Assembly: GCF_009914755.1 (NCBI RefSeq)
Contig: NC_060935.1
Strand: one strand, 5' to 3'
From: the human T2T-CHM13v2.0 reference genome, Homo sapiens
DNA: 64,000 nucleotides
Of the stretch, positions 1-15,274 are shown piece by piece; position 1 is the first letter of the stretch; each line of letters starts with the position of its first letter. The notes under the pieces are model-generated. The model searched no databases and had not been told where the DNA came from. It saw nothing but the letters and a program-made list of their open reading frames with translations. The translations under genes and the position numbers were made by a program.

Positions 1-689
1 TGGCTACTTCATGAGAAGTCACATGTGTGGTTTCCACCATTTAACACTTGGATAATTCCCTTGCCCTCATCTAAGAGCCAGATAGGAATGTTCATGCAAA
101 TTATTTTTTAAAAAATCTATTTCACTGACATGCTGTAGGGGGCAGTATTCATTAAGGAAAACCAGGGACAGAGTCCAGGAAGAGCCAGTAATTTCGACCT
201 TGTAGGGAAGAAACTGGGCCCTATTTTTAACTATTTCTGTATACTAGAGACTCATTCAGTCTGTCCTATTGTTCGTGCATGAATGAGGCTCTGACCTTCA
301 GTAATGAACCTTCTTAGGGGGCCAGGATTAATTTGGCTTATGTTAAATTCATCTGGCTTGGAGTGAAAACCAGTGAATACCTGTGAGGGAGAGGGACTTT
401 TCCATATAGGACATATGTGCTAGGGCAAGGATTCTTACCTAGGTCACCTGACTCCAAGCTTTTGCTCTTTTAGCCACAATTTGAACCATTTCAGGCTCAT
501 ACCTTCCAACACAAGTAGTGTTTACCTCCCCCAGAACATCTTCAAACCTGTTACTGCCTAGGAAATAGATAATAATAAAACTTGTGGGAGCGAACCTTTT
601 TTTGGACCCTCTCACCTTGATAAGTTTGGTGAAGCAGGTGCCTTACTCACCCCTATCTTCCCAGCCCCTCAAAATGAATGTTTTCAAAT

Positions 690-1155
690 CATAGCCACGT
701 ATGATTTCTTACAAGCCCAAGGCTGATGGGACGGTCTTGCTAAGGTGCACCAGCTTCAGGGGGTCTCGGCTGGGCCTGCTCCTATGTCTGAGGGCATCTG
801 GCACATTGACTGCATGCTGGCTGGTCTGTAATGGCCTCAGGTGAGACAACTCAGAATTCTCTACATGGTCTTTCATCTCCCAGCAGTCTGGTCTAAGCTA
901 TTCTTCTGGTGGTAGGTGAGTTCGAAGGCAGAGAGTTGAAATGTACAAGGCCCTTTGAGGCCTAAGCTCTGAAAGAGGACACCAGTTTTTGTCTTCATTC
1001 TGTTGGCCAAACCTAGTCACGTGACCTGCCCAAATTCTTGTGATTGGGAAACAGATTCCACCTACTGAAGGAGGAGCTGCAAAGTCACATTGCAAAGCGT
1101 ACATGGCACAGAGAGGGGTGGACACTAGGGGCTGTTTTTGTAATCAATCTACCAC
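690..1155 (-). mobile_element. MLT1-type MaLR LTR fragment
   Basis: attctgttggccaaa...agtcacgtgacctgcccaaattc...ggagctgcaaagtcacattgcaaag...atctaccaca, typical of MLT1; left boundary approximate. Confidence 0.7.
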
Positions 1156-1629
1156 AATAAACAGGTTGCACCCAGTGAATTTGTGTTGATGGATTGATTT
1201 CAGTTGTCAAGGTAATAGTCTCTTTCCACTGTAGTTGCATGAAAATGAGAATGCACTGAGCTCATTTAAGATGTACTAAGACATACTTGCAGTTTCCTAT
1301 AAGTTATAGGGGCATGTAGTTCTAAGAACTCACGGGGGAGAGCAGCCAAAGCATCCTTGGTTACCCCAGTCCCATAGAAGGTGTCTCTAAGAAGCAGATG
1401 CTGGCAGGTCGGTGAAGGGGCACAAGCACCACTTGCTTTATGAGGCCCCTGTGGCCAAGGAAAGAAGGTAGGAACCAGCTGTTAAAGTAGAACTCCGCAA
1501 AACAGGTCTTACTCCACTTGAGTCTGTTCTCCAGCCTTTGGGATTCTTGGTATTCACAGGCCTACACTTCTCTGCTTTCTCTTTCCCACACCAACTGGCA
1601 AAAGTTGTTGTGTGATGAAGATGATCCAA

Positions 1630-1855
1630 ATGTCAGACTTGGGCTCAGGACACCTGGGGTCTGGTCCCAGCAACTCTATTTGATGGCTGTGTGGCTTTGA
1701 TGGGTCATTTAACACCTCTGAACTTCACATTCCTCAGCTCTAAAATGGAAATGAGGATAGCACCAACCACATAAAGTTATTGTACGGTTTCCGTGAGATG
1801 AAACCATACAGAAAAATACCCTAAATTGTGTATATAAGGTTTGTTGAATCAATGA
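1630..1855 (+). mobile_element. MIR SINE
   Basis: gtcatttaacacctctgaacttcacattcctcagctctaaaatgg resembles the MIR core. Confidence 0.7.
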
Positions 1856-3176
1856 TTTCATAAGTGTCCAAAAGTCAGAAATGACTACAAAGGGGAAAGT
1901 AACCACAGCAGCTGAACTGAGAACCTCAGAGAGCCAGTTCTCCACTCCTGGTCTGTTGCTTCAGATCAAAAGTCTGAAGCACCCCTGTAGCCGCCTCTTC
2001 TTGCTCATCCTCCTCTCTCTCTGATAAACCGTGATGAAAAGTGTTTTTGAAAACCAAGGGACCAAGAAACACTGAATGACCTTCACTGAAAGGACGACTT
2101 TTAGCAAATGCACACTTGACATAGTTTGGTAAATATCCACCCTGTTATCTTTTGCTCCTGGTGTCTTAGAAATGTCACTTATTGATTCTTGAAATTCCCC
2201 CACTGCCACTCATAGGGGGAGGGGGAATTTGAGACAGAAGTATTGATTGAAACTAGTGAACACTGAAAGAAGCATTTGTTAGGTGGTCCTTTCCTTTTTT
2301 ATAAATTGGCTAAAGTAGACGAAAGAAGATACATCTTTTGGCGGAGTTTTAAACAAAAGGAAATTAGCCAATTATATTCCTATAAAACAATGTTTGAAAG
2401 TCAGAATTGATTATTTTTCCACAGTGTTTTGGAACAAAGTACTCTGATAGGTGAAGGATCAAAGGTCTTTTCTCTGAATATGATTTTATTTTTCCTTTTG
2501 TTTTTTATCATCCCTCAGTCTGGGTGCTCTGATTGTCTTAATGCATCCAGACCCACAATTTGCAACTTGCTGCCCCATTGCTGGGGGCTGGTGACTACAG
2601 TGTCTTTGGACAGATTAGAGGAAAGACATTGTAGCTGAACTCCCAGGCAGCCCCCAGGAAAGGAGCAGGGAGCTTTCTGTGTTCCCTTCAGTCTGAGCAT
2701 GCCAAGATGCCCTGGCTCTGGCCTTGAGGTGTTAGTCAGCATTAGCACTTATGATCTTGGCAACCGGAATGGCCACTGCTGGCCGGAAACTGATCAGAAC
2801 TGTTCAGTCTCATTAAGGAGCCCCTCAGATCACCTTCTCAGATGTAACGCTTCAGAAATCATCAAACGGCTAAGGTAGAGGCTGGCTTCCTTGAAGTCTT
2901 TCCAGAGGCTTTGGCATATCTGCCTTTTGGATGAGCTTAACTAAACAGAGAGCTTTTGAGGTCCAGGGTGGGTGTGGGAGCTCTCAGGGCACTGGAAGTA
3001 ACACTGTGGTGGGGTGGGAGGAGGGTATACTGAGCTTTTCTTGGCCCACCCGTTCACTCCCTCCTTCCTCCGTTAACCTCTTCCTCATCCTCACTGGTAA
3101 CTCTCCAGCACCAGGAGGAGGAGACATTTTGCAGAGTGCTGGTCTGTATTTAATAAATAAATGCCTCTATCCTCTG

Positions 3177-3380
3177 CAGCACTGTCCAACGGTACTTTCT
3201 GCAATGATGGAAATAGCCTACGCTCTGTGCTGTCTAATATGGTAGCCACTAGCGCTACATGTGACTATTAAGCAATTGACATGTGGTTAGTGTGGATGAA
3301 CGAATTTTTAATGTAGTAAATTTTAATTCATTTAAATGGCCACATTTGCTAGTGGATATGGTATTTGACAGCACAGCTCT
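3177..3380. mobile_element. MER3-like hAT-Charlie MITE
   Basis: gcactgtccaac...actttctgcaatgatggaaa...gtagccactagc...gacagcacagc. Confidence 0.75.
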
Positions 3381-3444
3381 AGAAAATTATTCATTGAGCA
3401 GCCAGTGAGTCTGCTGCTGAAGTCTGTCATTAAAAAAATGTCAT

Positions 3445-3737
3445 TCTAGACACAAAAGGCCAAATATTGTATGATTCCGTTTATATGAAATCTCCAGAGT
3501 AGGCAAATCGATAGAGACAAAAAATAGATTTGTGGTTGCTAGGGCTGTGGGGTGGGAGTAGAGGAGGGATGAAGAGTTGCTAGAGTTTCTTCTTGATATG
3601 ATGAAAATATTTTAAAATTAGATTGTGGTGATGGTTGGAGAACTTCATGAGTATGAGGATACTAAAAACCATTGAATCACTCTAAATGCATGAATTTATG
3701 GTATGTGAATTATATGTCAATATAGTGGTTTTAAAAA
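3445..3737 (+). mobile_element. Old L1 (L1MB/L1ME-like) 3' end
   Basis: tattgtatgattccgtttatatgaaat...gtaggcaaatc...ggtatgtgaattatatgtcaat. Confidence 0.8.
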
Positions 3738-4551
3738 TGGCTTTCTGTTCATGCCATATTCAAGTAGATGTTATAACTCTAGCTCTTCTACCCCAAAATA
3801 TTAGTGGTTAAATGTCTCCCCTTTCTTGGACCTCAGTTTCCCCTCGATAAAAAAAAGTATATTGATTTTGCATCAAGGATACTGAAGGAAAGAATTTCTG
3901 GTCCTCCTTTCCCTGTATATATTTAACTTTAATCTAGTTCATATGGGATGGGACTGTATGTACCCCCTCCTTTTGAGACCCCAATTCTAGACAGTGCCCC
4001 ATTCCAGGAGTACCCAGGCAGTAAACAGAGCATTGACGCAGGTAACTGGCCACCCCACTCTGGCCATTCCCTCTGGAACCACAGCATAGATAGAAGGCCT
4101 TTGGTGCTGGCCTAGGAATTTTAAGTAATGCCTGAGACGTTTATCTTTCTGCCTCTGATCCAGATAAAAACAGATTGTAACTTTGAGTTGTCAATTGATC
4201 CTAATGCACAGAAACCACTTTCCATACCCTCAGTGAGCAAAGACCCTGGCTGGGGAAGAGGTGGGGAGTTGGGAGTAGGAGGAGATTCCTGGCTGTAAAA
4301 CATCTCATGGTTTTCTGTGGTTTGTGGTCCAGGGGTCCTGTGGAATCTCTCTGGGAAGCACATTTCTTCAGGAGCAAGCTTGGTCTTTTTCTTCTCCCAC
4401 TTCTCGGCTGCTCTTTTTGAAATCAAAAGCCTGCCATAGGGTTGCAAATTAGTGACATCAGACGAAGTAATAGTTGCCATCATGTTCCTCCTCCTCCTCT
4501 TCATCACTATCCTAAAGCCTTCCATGTGTGTCAACAGATGTTACAAACGCC

Positions 4552-4589
4552 TGCCTTATAAATAACTTTATAAAGTTATTTATAAGGCA
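4552..4589. repeat. Perfect 38-bp palindrome
   Basis: tgccttataaataacttta|taaagttatttataaggca equals its own reverse complement. Confidence 0.95.
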
Positions 4590-4699
4590 TATATAATAAC
4601 TTATATAACTGCTTATAATATAGGTGAGGAAATGGACTGTGAATAGACAGGGGGCACTGAAACAGTAACAACAAAGAAAATGGTAACAGTCACTGCCCA

Positions 4700-4940
4700 T
4701 CGTGGGGTGATTGAGTTATTATGTGCCTGGAGGTGTGTTAGGTATTTTGCATACGTAGTCTCATTTAATCCCTCACATCACTACTAGGAAGTGTCAGTAG
4801 TAACATCTCCATTTTATAAAGAAACTAAAGTTCAGAGTGATTAAATAACGGGCCTACATTATGCAGCTAAGGGCCAGTGTTGACATTTGAACCAGAATCT
4901 GCATCATTGCAAAGCTAATATTTTGCTTTTAACCCTCATG
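4700..4940 (-). mobile_element. MIR SINE
   Basis: ctcatttaatccctcac...ctccattttataaagaaactaaagttcagag. Confidence 0.7.
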
Positions 4941-5249
4941 CTATCATACAAGCTAGTTTTTACTAAATTCACTAATCATTGAGCCCCTCTTTTATGTTAA
5001 ATGCTGTACAAATTGCTGGAGGTGCAACTATGAACAAAACCAGCCAATGCCAGATGAGTGGTCCAGGCAGTCAGAGTCATGGAAATTCAGAGAAGAAAGT
5101 GGAAGCTTAGGGACTGGGAGAAGGTAGGCAAGGAGAGTTCATATAGAATTGGAGCTTAAAGGAAGAGTATGAAGTTCTTGAAAAACTGTATAGGGACACT
5201 GTAAATCAGAGGCGCCCTGTAGTTTGTTTTCTGACATATCAGCATGTTA

Positions 5250-5653
<404 letters not shown>

Positions 5654-5769
5654 TTAAGTGTAAGGTAATGCTTAATCCCTGTCTCACTGGCTTTTACAGT
5701 ATCATCATTTTGCAAGCACATTTTTTTTTTTTTTTTTTTGGTCTTGATTTCATTTAGGGCAAGGACAGG

Positions 5770-6100
5770 GCTTAGCAAATATTTGTGAGCTGGAAGTGAA
5801 CTGTAGCCAACTCTGTTGGCTATATGGTGCCTGAAATCCCAGCATGTGCCAGATGCTGTGCTTGGAATAGGGACAGGACACGTAGCACAGAAACAGACAC
5901 TTGTAATATCCTGTGATAAGTGTCTATAGGACATTTATGTCTGGAAGGAGCATCCAATCCAATCTTGGAGGAGTCAGGAAGATATCCTGGAAGAAGTGAG
6001 GTCTAAGCTGAAAGGTGCATTAGCTATATACAATAAGGAAAGCGTATTCTAGACAGAACAGCGTGTCCAAAGTCTAGATGGTAAAAGGGGACATGGCATG
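5770..6100 (-). mobile_element. L2 fragment
   Basis: tgtgccagatgctgtgct...gtcaggaagatatcctggaagaagtgaggtctaagctga. Confidence 0.6.
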
Positions 6101-8675
6101 ATAGAGGGAAGTTGAGTGTGTATATGTGTGTAGGTGTCTGAATGAAGTAGGCAAAATGACTCTCTCAATTCTACCCAGCAAATTGGTGCTAGACTCCAAG
6201 TTTTGTGAGGGCAGGGAGCATGCCTGTCATGTTCAATAAATCCTTGTTGAAAGAATTGAGAGGACGGTGGCCAAAATGGGATCAGAACCCAGGCTTTCTG
6301 AATCTCTTTGGTGTTTTATCCTGTCACCTCACTCTAAGAATTCTTCATCAGTTCCAAATTGACCTCAGACAGTGGATGACCTAGAATGCCTACCCAAGCC
6401 AGTCAGGGCAGAAATCAATTTCTTGGTGGGGGACAGAGCTGCAGCAAAGGCGGAAAGACTCCAAACTTCTGTCCAAGGAGCTTTGCTAATAACTTGGTTG
6501 ACTTACAGCGAAAGGGAGAGCGCATCTTGATCCAGTGATCGGTTTATTTGTGGACATGGGGAAACCTGAGAGAGCTCTGTGGTGATGAAGTTCTGGGCCA
6601 CCTAAATTCTAGTAGGTTTCAGCATCTGTTAGCAAAAGGCAGCCCTCAACCTTTGAGAGCACAAGTGGTAACATCTGCAGCCACTCTAGCGATTCTAACT
6701 GGCAAAAATGATGGATTGCAGGCATTTCATCATTGAATTTCTACTAGGTTACATCCTGACTTAATCTTTTGGTGCTTACATTCTAATTTTTAAGCAGAAT
6801 GTCTGTGTTTGGTAGTAGTTCTTCAACTTTATCTCATTAAATAAAGTTTAGTGAACTGCCAAAGACAAGATGAGCTAGGGCCAATGTTTTTGAAATAGAA
6901 AAAATGGAAATGGAATTTACATCTGGACTCTAGGACACTTTGCTGCTTCATTTGCAGAATAAGAGCAAAAAAGTGATTCTTGTATGTTTCTATATCTCTT
7001 GCAAAAGTCCTCTTTGCTTTCAAACACCCACAGCTTTGAGCAAATGTTTACATTCCACTTAAACACATTTGGACTTTAATGTCTGTGCTGCTGATTACGA
7101 AAATGTTAAATAAATGAAACAGAAAATAAAATTTGTTTCAAGGTAATATTTTAGAATGCCTGACGCCCCTTACCCAGCCCCATGAGACTGGTCACTGTTG
7201 ATCTTTGTGTCCCCATAACTGGCACAAAACAGAGATGCATTAAATGAAGGAATGCATTCTTTAGAGTTCATGTCGAATACTCATTGTCATGAAGACCGTC
7301 CTTTAGTGTAACTGGAAACCCTTACCCTTGGGACCATGTCCTTATAGGCATGTTTCTTCTTCTAACCCTGGTGTAAATTTCCAAGAGACCCAGACTGTGC
7401 CTTATTTCTCTTTACACCCAGCTAACCCCTCTGAGGAACATTACTGTATGTATACATCTTGCTCAACCAGTGTGTTTGCTTACAGACTGACTTCCCTAAG
7501 CTGTACTGCAGTTCAGAGAGAAACTAGATTGAACAGAACCTTTTAGTGCATTGTGTTACTAAAGGCAGGATTAAGGCATGTAATCCGAGTTGTCCAGGGA
7601 AACCCATGCATTCCTGGCTGCTATTTTAAGACCCTCCTCCTAATAAACTGATATCCTTCAGGTTTATTTGGTTTAACTCCTGCTCTGGCAGTTTGGCTTG
7701 TTTCTGTGCATCAGAGTCGCCATGAAAGCTACTCCTCCAGGATTACAGCTGGACAGCTGCAGAATCGCTGGCATTTTTCTTTCCTTAACTCTGTATTGAC
7801 AGCAGGTTTGAATCACTCTGTCCTGTTTTGTGTAATATAACCAGGTCAGAAATCATTTGAAAAATAATTAGGGTACCTAATTTGATCTCATTTTCAGCAA
7901 AAGAGATGCATTGCCTGGTACATTTTGTATTTTTTGTGTTTGCAGCTTTATTAAGAAAATCAAAGGACCTCCCTCTTCTGCCCTTCTATTTCCTGCTAAT
8001 TAGCATGAGAGTGTGGGGGAGCCTTTCCCAGTCTGTAATATCCCATCAGCCCCACATCCTTGTATGTTGTCTTGTAGAAACCTGTCTGCTCATTCCTTCA
8101 CTGTTGGCCACCCCAGTTGGTCTTATCTTCCTGTCAGCTGGGTTTCTGGCTAGCTTTCTTAAGCTCACACCAATCCCTGGCAGAGCTCCTCTTCATACAG
8201 AGAGAGGCAGAAATCCTGCAAATTGTAAACTAGCAAAATGTACAAATTTAGCCAGAACTGTCTATGTGTGCCCCTGCCCGGTTATAAGCCAAATTCATGC
8301 CGTGCCTTTGCCTAAGAGGATGAGACTTCGAGGCACAGAGAGAAAGGAGGGAGGCTGTCAAAACTCTGGTTCCAGATCTGCTACTAATTCAGAGTGACCT
8401 TGAGTAGCAATCACGCACTCTGGGCCTTAGATTCCTCCATCGCAGTGCTTCCTTTTAGTTCTATGTACTTTGATCAAACGATAGTTACCTGATGGATGGT
8501 GACTAGCTCTACGCCTTTTTTTAACCCTGTGCCTACCTTAGTCTCCTATAGGGACCGCATAGTCTCCAAAAACTACTACAACTCTGGATAAAACCTTGTC
8601 TTGGCAAAACCTAAGCAAAGGCTTGATCCGTGGAAACTGCCTTTAACCTAGACATCAGCTGTGGACTCCCCGAGC

Positions 8676-8880
8676 CAGTGTTATTGCTGGAGTCAGCTCC
8701 TACTAGCACATCAGAGCGAATTTTTTAATTTTCAGGAGTTTTGCAAGCCTGTTGATGTCATGCTGGTAGCTAGACATCTGCCATAGCAGGAGTATCTACA
8801 CCACAGGAATTGGCAAACACTATGAATGAGAACTTTTCTTTTTTCCCTCCAGAATCAATTGTTAGTCATTTGCCAGCCAT
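8676..8880. mobile_element. hAT (MER63/Blackjack-like) DNA transposon fragment
   Basis: cagtgttattgctggagtcagctc...aattttcaggagttttgcaagcctgttg. Confidence 0.5.
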
Positions 8881-9231
8881 TAAATGTGAATTGGAGAACT
8901 CACATGTGGAAGACCCAGTGTCCTTTTTAATCTTTTTGGAAGTGTTTCCTTTTGCTTATTTTGTTTTGTTGGGAGAAAGGTGGTGTCACATTACTGTCGG
9001 TCACTATTTTTGCCTAGTCTGTTCTGCCGAAATACTTGCACTTACAGGTCATGTATCTTCATTCTCTGTGTAATATCCCTCTCTTACCCATGGGAACCAC
9101 CCCAAATCATTCTCAGAAAAGTGATACAGGCTTTGGGCATTGTGGACTATTCCTGAATGTTTAGGGCCTTGGAGGGGTTATACGATTGCAATACAAACCG
9201 CTTAAAATTTAATATTGTTGTTCCTGTTCTT

Positions 9232-9532
<301 letters not shown>

Positions 9533-10069
9533 TGTTGTTCCTGTTCTTAAAAGTTCTTCAGCTCCCTTGCCACTTAGAATTTCTCCATGGCCACCTTTTG
9601 TTTTGTTCTTAATATTCCAGCCTTCTGCTATATTGTTCAGCCATGCCTCCCTTCTCCTCTCCTTTCTACTTTTCTCCCCTTCTCTCCTCTTTTTATACAG
9701 AGAAGTTTATCTCTGTTTTCTTATCTCCTTTCAGAACATACCCTTAAGAGCTTTGTCTTCCACAGTTGGAGTAGCCTGTCCAAGGTTAGTCAAAGTTGGT
9801 GCACAGCTTTGCTGCACTAATCCAGTGCATTCATGTGGTACATATTTGTGGAGTCCTGACTTTTTCTAGCCACTGTGCTTTCAAGGAACTCAGTTGATCA
9901 TGGAGTCCACCAGGATCTAGGTTTTCAGTGGGGCACTGGGGAGAAATCCCCTGTCAGAAGTTATCTCATTTTCGTAAAGGGAAAGATGACTTGTGTTGAG
10001 AAGAGGGAAATTGTAGCCAGGTAAACTTCCTTCACATAAAATTTGGAACACCGAATCACCATTTCTCCT

Positions 10070-10592
10070 CTCTCTTTAATTATTTGAAGACTCTTCACCA
10101 TGGCCTATAAGACTCCGTGAGCTGGCCTCATTTTTTTGCTGTGCCCTCCCTTCTCACTGGAAGCTTCTGCCATATCCAATAGTATGTGTTTTCATGCAAA
10201 GGCCATACTCTCTTATAATCGGCCTCTGCCACTGCAGCTCTCCATTTGAAATGCATTCCACTTTCCTCATCCTTCTTCCCACCAAGTCTCTAACTCATCT
10301 TTTATGTTTTAGGTTAGATTTTGTTTCCTCTAGAAATCTTTCCCTGACCTCTGGAGATTGAGTTTGAAGCCCTTTCTCTGAGTTCTCCTGCACCCTATTC
10401 TCCTCTCTAGTTGTCCTCCCCAGGTTCCGTGGTTATCTTGTTGGTCCTTCATGAGCAGGTTAGCTCCTTGAGGTCAGGGACTGAGCCTCATTTTCTTCTC
10501 TCTCCATTGCCATTACAGGACTTGGCATACAGAGACGTTAAAGTATTTGTTAAGTACTTTAATATTTGTTGGTATAGTGAATAAATGAGTGA
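10070..10592 (+). mobile_element. L2 fragment (3' end)
   Basis: agctccttgaggtcagggactgag...ttggcatacagag...tgaataaatgagtgag. Confidence 0.65.
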
Positions 10593-10604
10593 GCTATAGA
10601 GTAA

Positions 10605-10820
10605 TTATTTACAGCTCAGACTCTGGAGCCACACAGATGTATACCTGTCATCTGACATTGGACAAGCTACTTAGTCTCTTCAAGCCTCAGTTTCCTCATC
10701 TGTAAAATGGGGGTATAGCAGTATCTACTTCATAGGGTTATTGTGAGGAGTAAATTAGGTGATGCAAGTACAATACTTAGCATAGTGCCTTTTACACAGT
10801 ATATACTTAATAAGTTATTA
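10605..10820 (+). mobile_element. MIR SINE
   Basis: gcctcagtttcctcatctgtaaaatgggg...cttcatagggttattgtgagg. Confidence 0.85.
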
Positions 10821-11360
10821 AACTGTTAATGATTAAAATCATGAAGAGCAAATGAAAAGGAAATAAACTAATGTTTTTGGTATATGTACCAAAAGCCAGT
10901 AACATCCACCATTTAACTGGAAGATAAATTATCCTATTCCCAAATATCTTCCAAGGCTATACCTGTCATTTTCAGTACCAGATACTAATGTTCAGCAATG
11001 CAGCCCAAAGCATCACAGGGTTTTCAGTTAGACCCAATTTTACTAAGAAAGAGAAATAGAATAACATGCTTTTGAGGAAAAAAAATAAAATCAGTATGCA
11101 TTAATACATAAAAGTTGCTGTTGCTGTTAACTGGCTTAAATAGAAAATATGGCTAACTAGAACATCTCTTTTCAGTTTAAAGGATTTCCAATTAGTGTCT
11201 TTGCAGTAACAACTGTGTTAAATTGATCTAATCGTGTCTGTCTAACCCTTATGCATGCATTCACTCACTTTATCAAACAACATTTATTCTGTATCACATA
11301 CTGGAGATAAAGAGATGAATGAAACAGAGCCCCAGGCTTTAAGGACTTGATATTCTGGAG

Positions 11361-11550
11361 CAAGGGATAGCAGACTTTCTTTTAAATGGCTGGACAATAA
11401 ATATTTTGGACTTCGAGGGCCATGGGGTCTCTGGTGCAGCTATTCAATATGTAAATGAATGAGTACGGCTGTGTTCCAATCAGATTTTATTTACAAAAAT
11501 AGGTGGGGAGCTGGATTTGGCCTTCAGGCCCAGGCTTACTGGCCTTCATC
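11361..11550. mobile_element. MER58A-like hAT-Charlie MITE
   Basis: tgtaaatgaatgagtacggctgtgttccaat...tttatttacaaaaataggtgg...ggatttggcc. Confidence 0.75.
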
Positions 11551-12192
11551 CTAGAGGAGTGAGTTAAGTCTGTAGCAGGCTACTGATAAGTACAGAGGGC
11601 CAAAATCTGTGAAGGATAGAGAATGGGGAGATGAGAAGACAATGGGTTAGGAAATGGGTTATGGAACTGGGGGTACTTTGAGAAGTAAAGGAGAACAACT
11701 AAGGCCAGGAGGAAGAAATGCATGGCTATCCCTTGATGCAGAAGCAGGCAATGCTGGTGTAACTAAGAGATCAGGTGTCCTGGATCAGCCCTGCCCAGCC
11801 TAGATGCTTCAAGAACCTACCTGCCTTCTGGAGATCTGATTGGACAGTATGGAACCTGCCTCAGGATTTCTGTGAGTTCCCATGAGGTGCTGCCTCCAGC
11901 CTTTCTGTGAAGGTGGTTTCTACTCCACTCCCACATTCTGAACAAGAAGCCCACCTCCTTGCTGGTTTCCAAGAGATACGCATTCACAGCAAGCATTTCA
12001 TATTTTTAGTAACTTTTGTGACAGTATATTGTTGAGGGAGGGGGTGTCACAGGGAGGGAAATATTGCACACCCCATGTTCCCTAGCAATTTTCTGCCTTC
12101 TGTAAGGCAGTTGCTGTTCTCCTAGGGCCTGAGTTTCTGGGCCAGGTGGCTTCTCAAGGAATTATTCTACTAGAGACAACTCTCCCCTGTAA

Positions 12193-12605
<413 letters not shown>

Positions 12606-14494
12606 AGGTTTGTTACTTTTCACAAAGGAGAATGAGACTGAGGCAACAGGCTATAGCTTCCCCATTGGACAGACCTGGATTTGAATCCCACCTCTACCTT
12701 CTCCAGCTTTTTGATATCAGGCCAATGACTCAACCTCTCTGAGCCTGAATTTACTGTTGTGTAAAATAGGCTTGATAATCCCCTCTTCAGGGAGAGAACC
12801 TGGGTCCATCAAGCCCAGTGCACCTCAGTGTGGAGCTAATGCTGGTTGTCTTTTCCTGCCTTCATCTTCTCCTTTAAGTCCCAAACTGAGAGGATAACAT
12901 TGCATTCGGGTCTGCCATTCATTTACATCTTTAGTACAAAATGTGACTCTTGCTGGAGAAAGTTTGCCATTTGTCTCAAACTACTGGTATCTGGATTGAC
13001 AGCTGGGAGTGGTTGGGTCAATAGTCAGTTTGATATTATCTGAAACCATCAACTTTGCTTCTGGCTTGTCAGCCAAATTTGGGGAAAAAATGAGAGTTGA
13101 GTCTGCATGCCTGTTTTTTTCCATCATGGACTGGGAGGTGACTTGTAAGCATTCTTCATTGTGGAAATAAATTCACGACGTGCAACTGAATGAAAAAAGT
13201 ATATGCCTGCTGTGTGAGCAGAGAAGAACAACATTCTGGTTGAGTTATATGTCCCATTTTTCATTATGCTTGGGTGGAATAGATATGCCCCTGGAATTCC
13301 TGGTTATGATTAGTATCATGAATGTATTTGGCTGACCAGATTTTGCCCTGATCAAGTGCAGAATCTATATATTTTGTTATCTTGAGTTTGATTTTAATCA
13401 CTAGGCATGGACCCCAGGACATTTTATTTCTTTTTCCTACTTTGTAAAAGGTTTAGTTCTAGAAGTTTCATGCAGTCATTCAGTGACTTGAATGAATTCT
13501 TGACTCCCACTTGCCCTCGGACTGAGTTAGGCAACCCCTTTTGTGATCCACAGGTCCGTAAACCAATCATCACGATAGCTTCTTGCTTTGTCCTTCCTTC
13601 TGCTTTATGCTCTGTTTCATCCCCAAGACCTGGAACCCCTTGAAGGCATACACCATATATCCATTGCTGTATCCCTAACACCTGGGAAAGTACCTGAAAC
13701 AGAAGAAATGTCAAAAGAAAAATAAAAGTTGGAAGGATGGGATGAGATAGGGTGATTGGAGAAAAAAACATGCAACGTTGTGGTTATTTTAGGATTCCGA
13801 AGAGAAATGTGGCCAAATAACTTTGAGCCCAGTCATATCCCTGGTTCCTGTACATCCAGAATTCATTATTCAAGATGACAAAGATTCTCTGAAACAAAAT
13901 TTAATAAGCTTGAGAATGTTTAAGTTGGAATTAAAACCTCCAAGCTGGTCTGTGAGTGAGCCTGGTTTCCGTGTTCTATCTCGTAGCCATGCACGTGGGT
14001 GAGAAGCTCCTTGAGTCCTTGTTCAACAAGGTTCATATGAAGAGCTCTTTGAGCCTTAAGGAAACAGAGTAGATGTTGCCAAGAGTGACTGAGTCACCAC
14101 TCCAGACAGTGAGAACTGTGTGTTTACTGGGCTGCTTCCAGTCAGCCTGGTGAAGTTGACGGGGCACACAGGCCAATGCCTGTAGGGCACAGGGCCCTGG
14201 CTCAGAGTGGGAATATGGCAGAGGTCAGCTTGGGCAGGGCCGTGGGAGCCACGTATGAAACTATGGCACTGGAAGGACAGTTCTCCCTTTCTCCATAGAG
14301 TTGGGTTAGAGACCTGGTCCCATCTTGCTTATGAAAGAGAATAACGCCACCAAAATTTGGTGTAGCTACACCTTGCTTTAAGAAAGCCCAATATTAGTAG
14401 AGAAGAATAAGAATTAATCTCAGGATTTTGCAGTTTGCAGTGTGCTTTCACATCATTGCCCTTTTGCTGCTCATGAGGGAGGAAGAAAGCTTTA

Positions 14495-14829
<335 letters not shown>

Positions 14830-14977
14830 AAGAAGAGCATGGACTTTATTGTTCAAATTCTTACTCTACCACTTATTAGCCATGACTTGGGCAAGTTGCT
14901 AATGTCTCTGAGCTGCAGTAAATCCACTGTATAAGATACTTGCATGAATTAATGAAATAATTAAATAAACCTGTTAA

Positions 14978-15274
<297 letters not shown>

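Noticed and set aside
292-310. TGACCT-n7-TGAACC as a retinoic-acid response element
   Set aside because: DR7 spacing is non-canonical; no convincing DR5 was noticed in the window
7882-8397. 171-aa hydrophobic ORF
   Set aside because: TTG start, no recognisable domain, no convincing exon boundaries; T-rich intron composition
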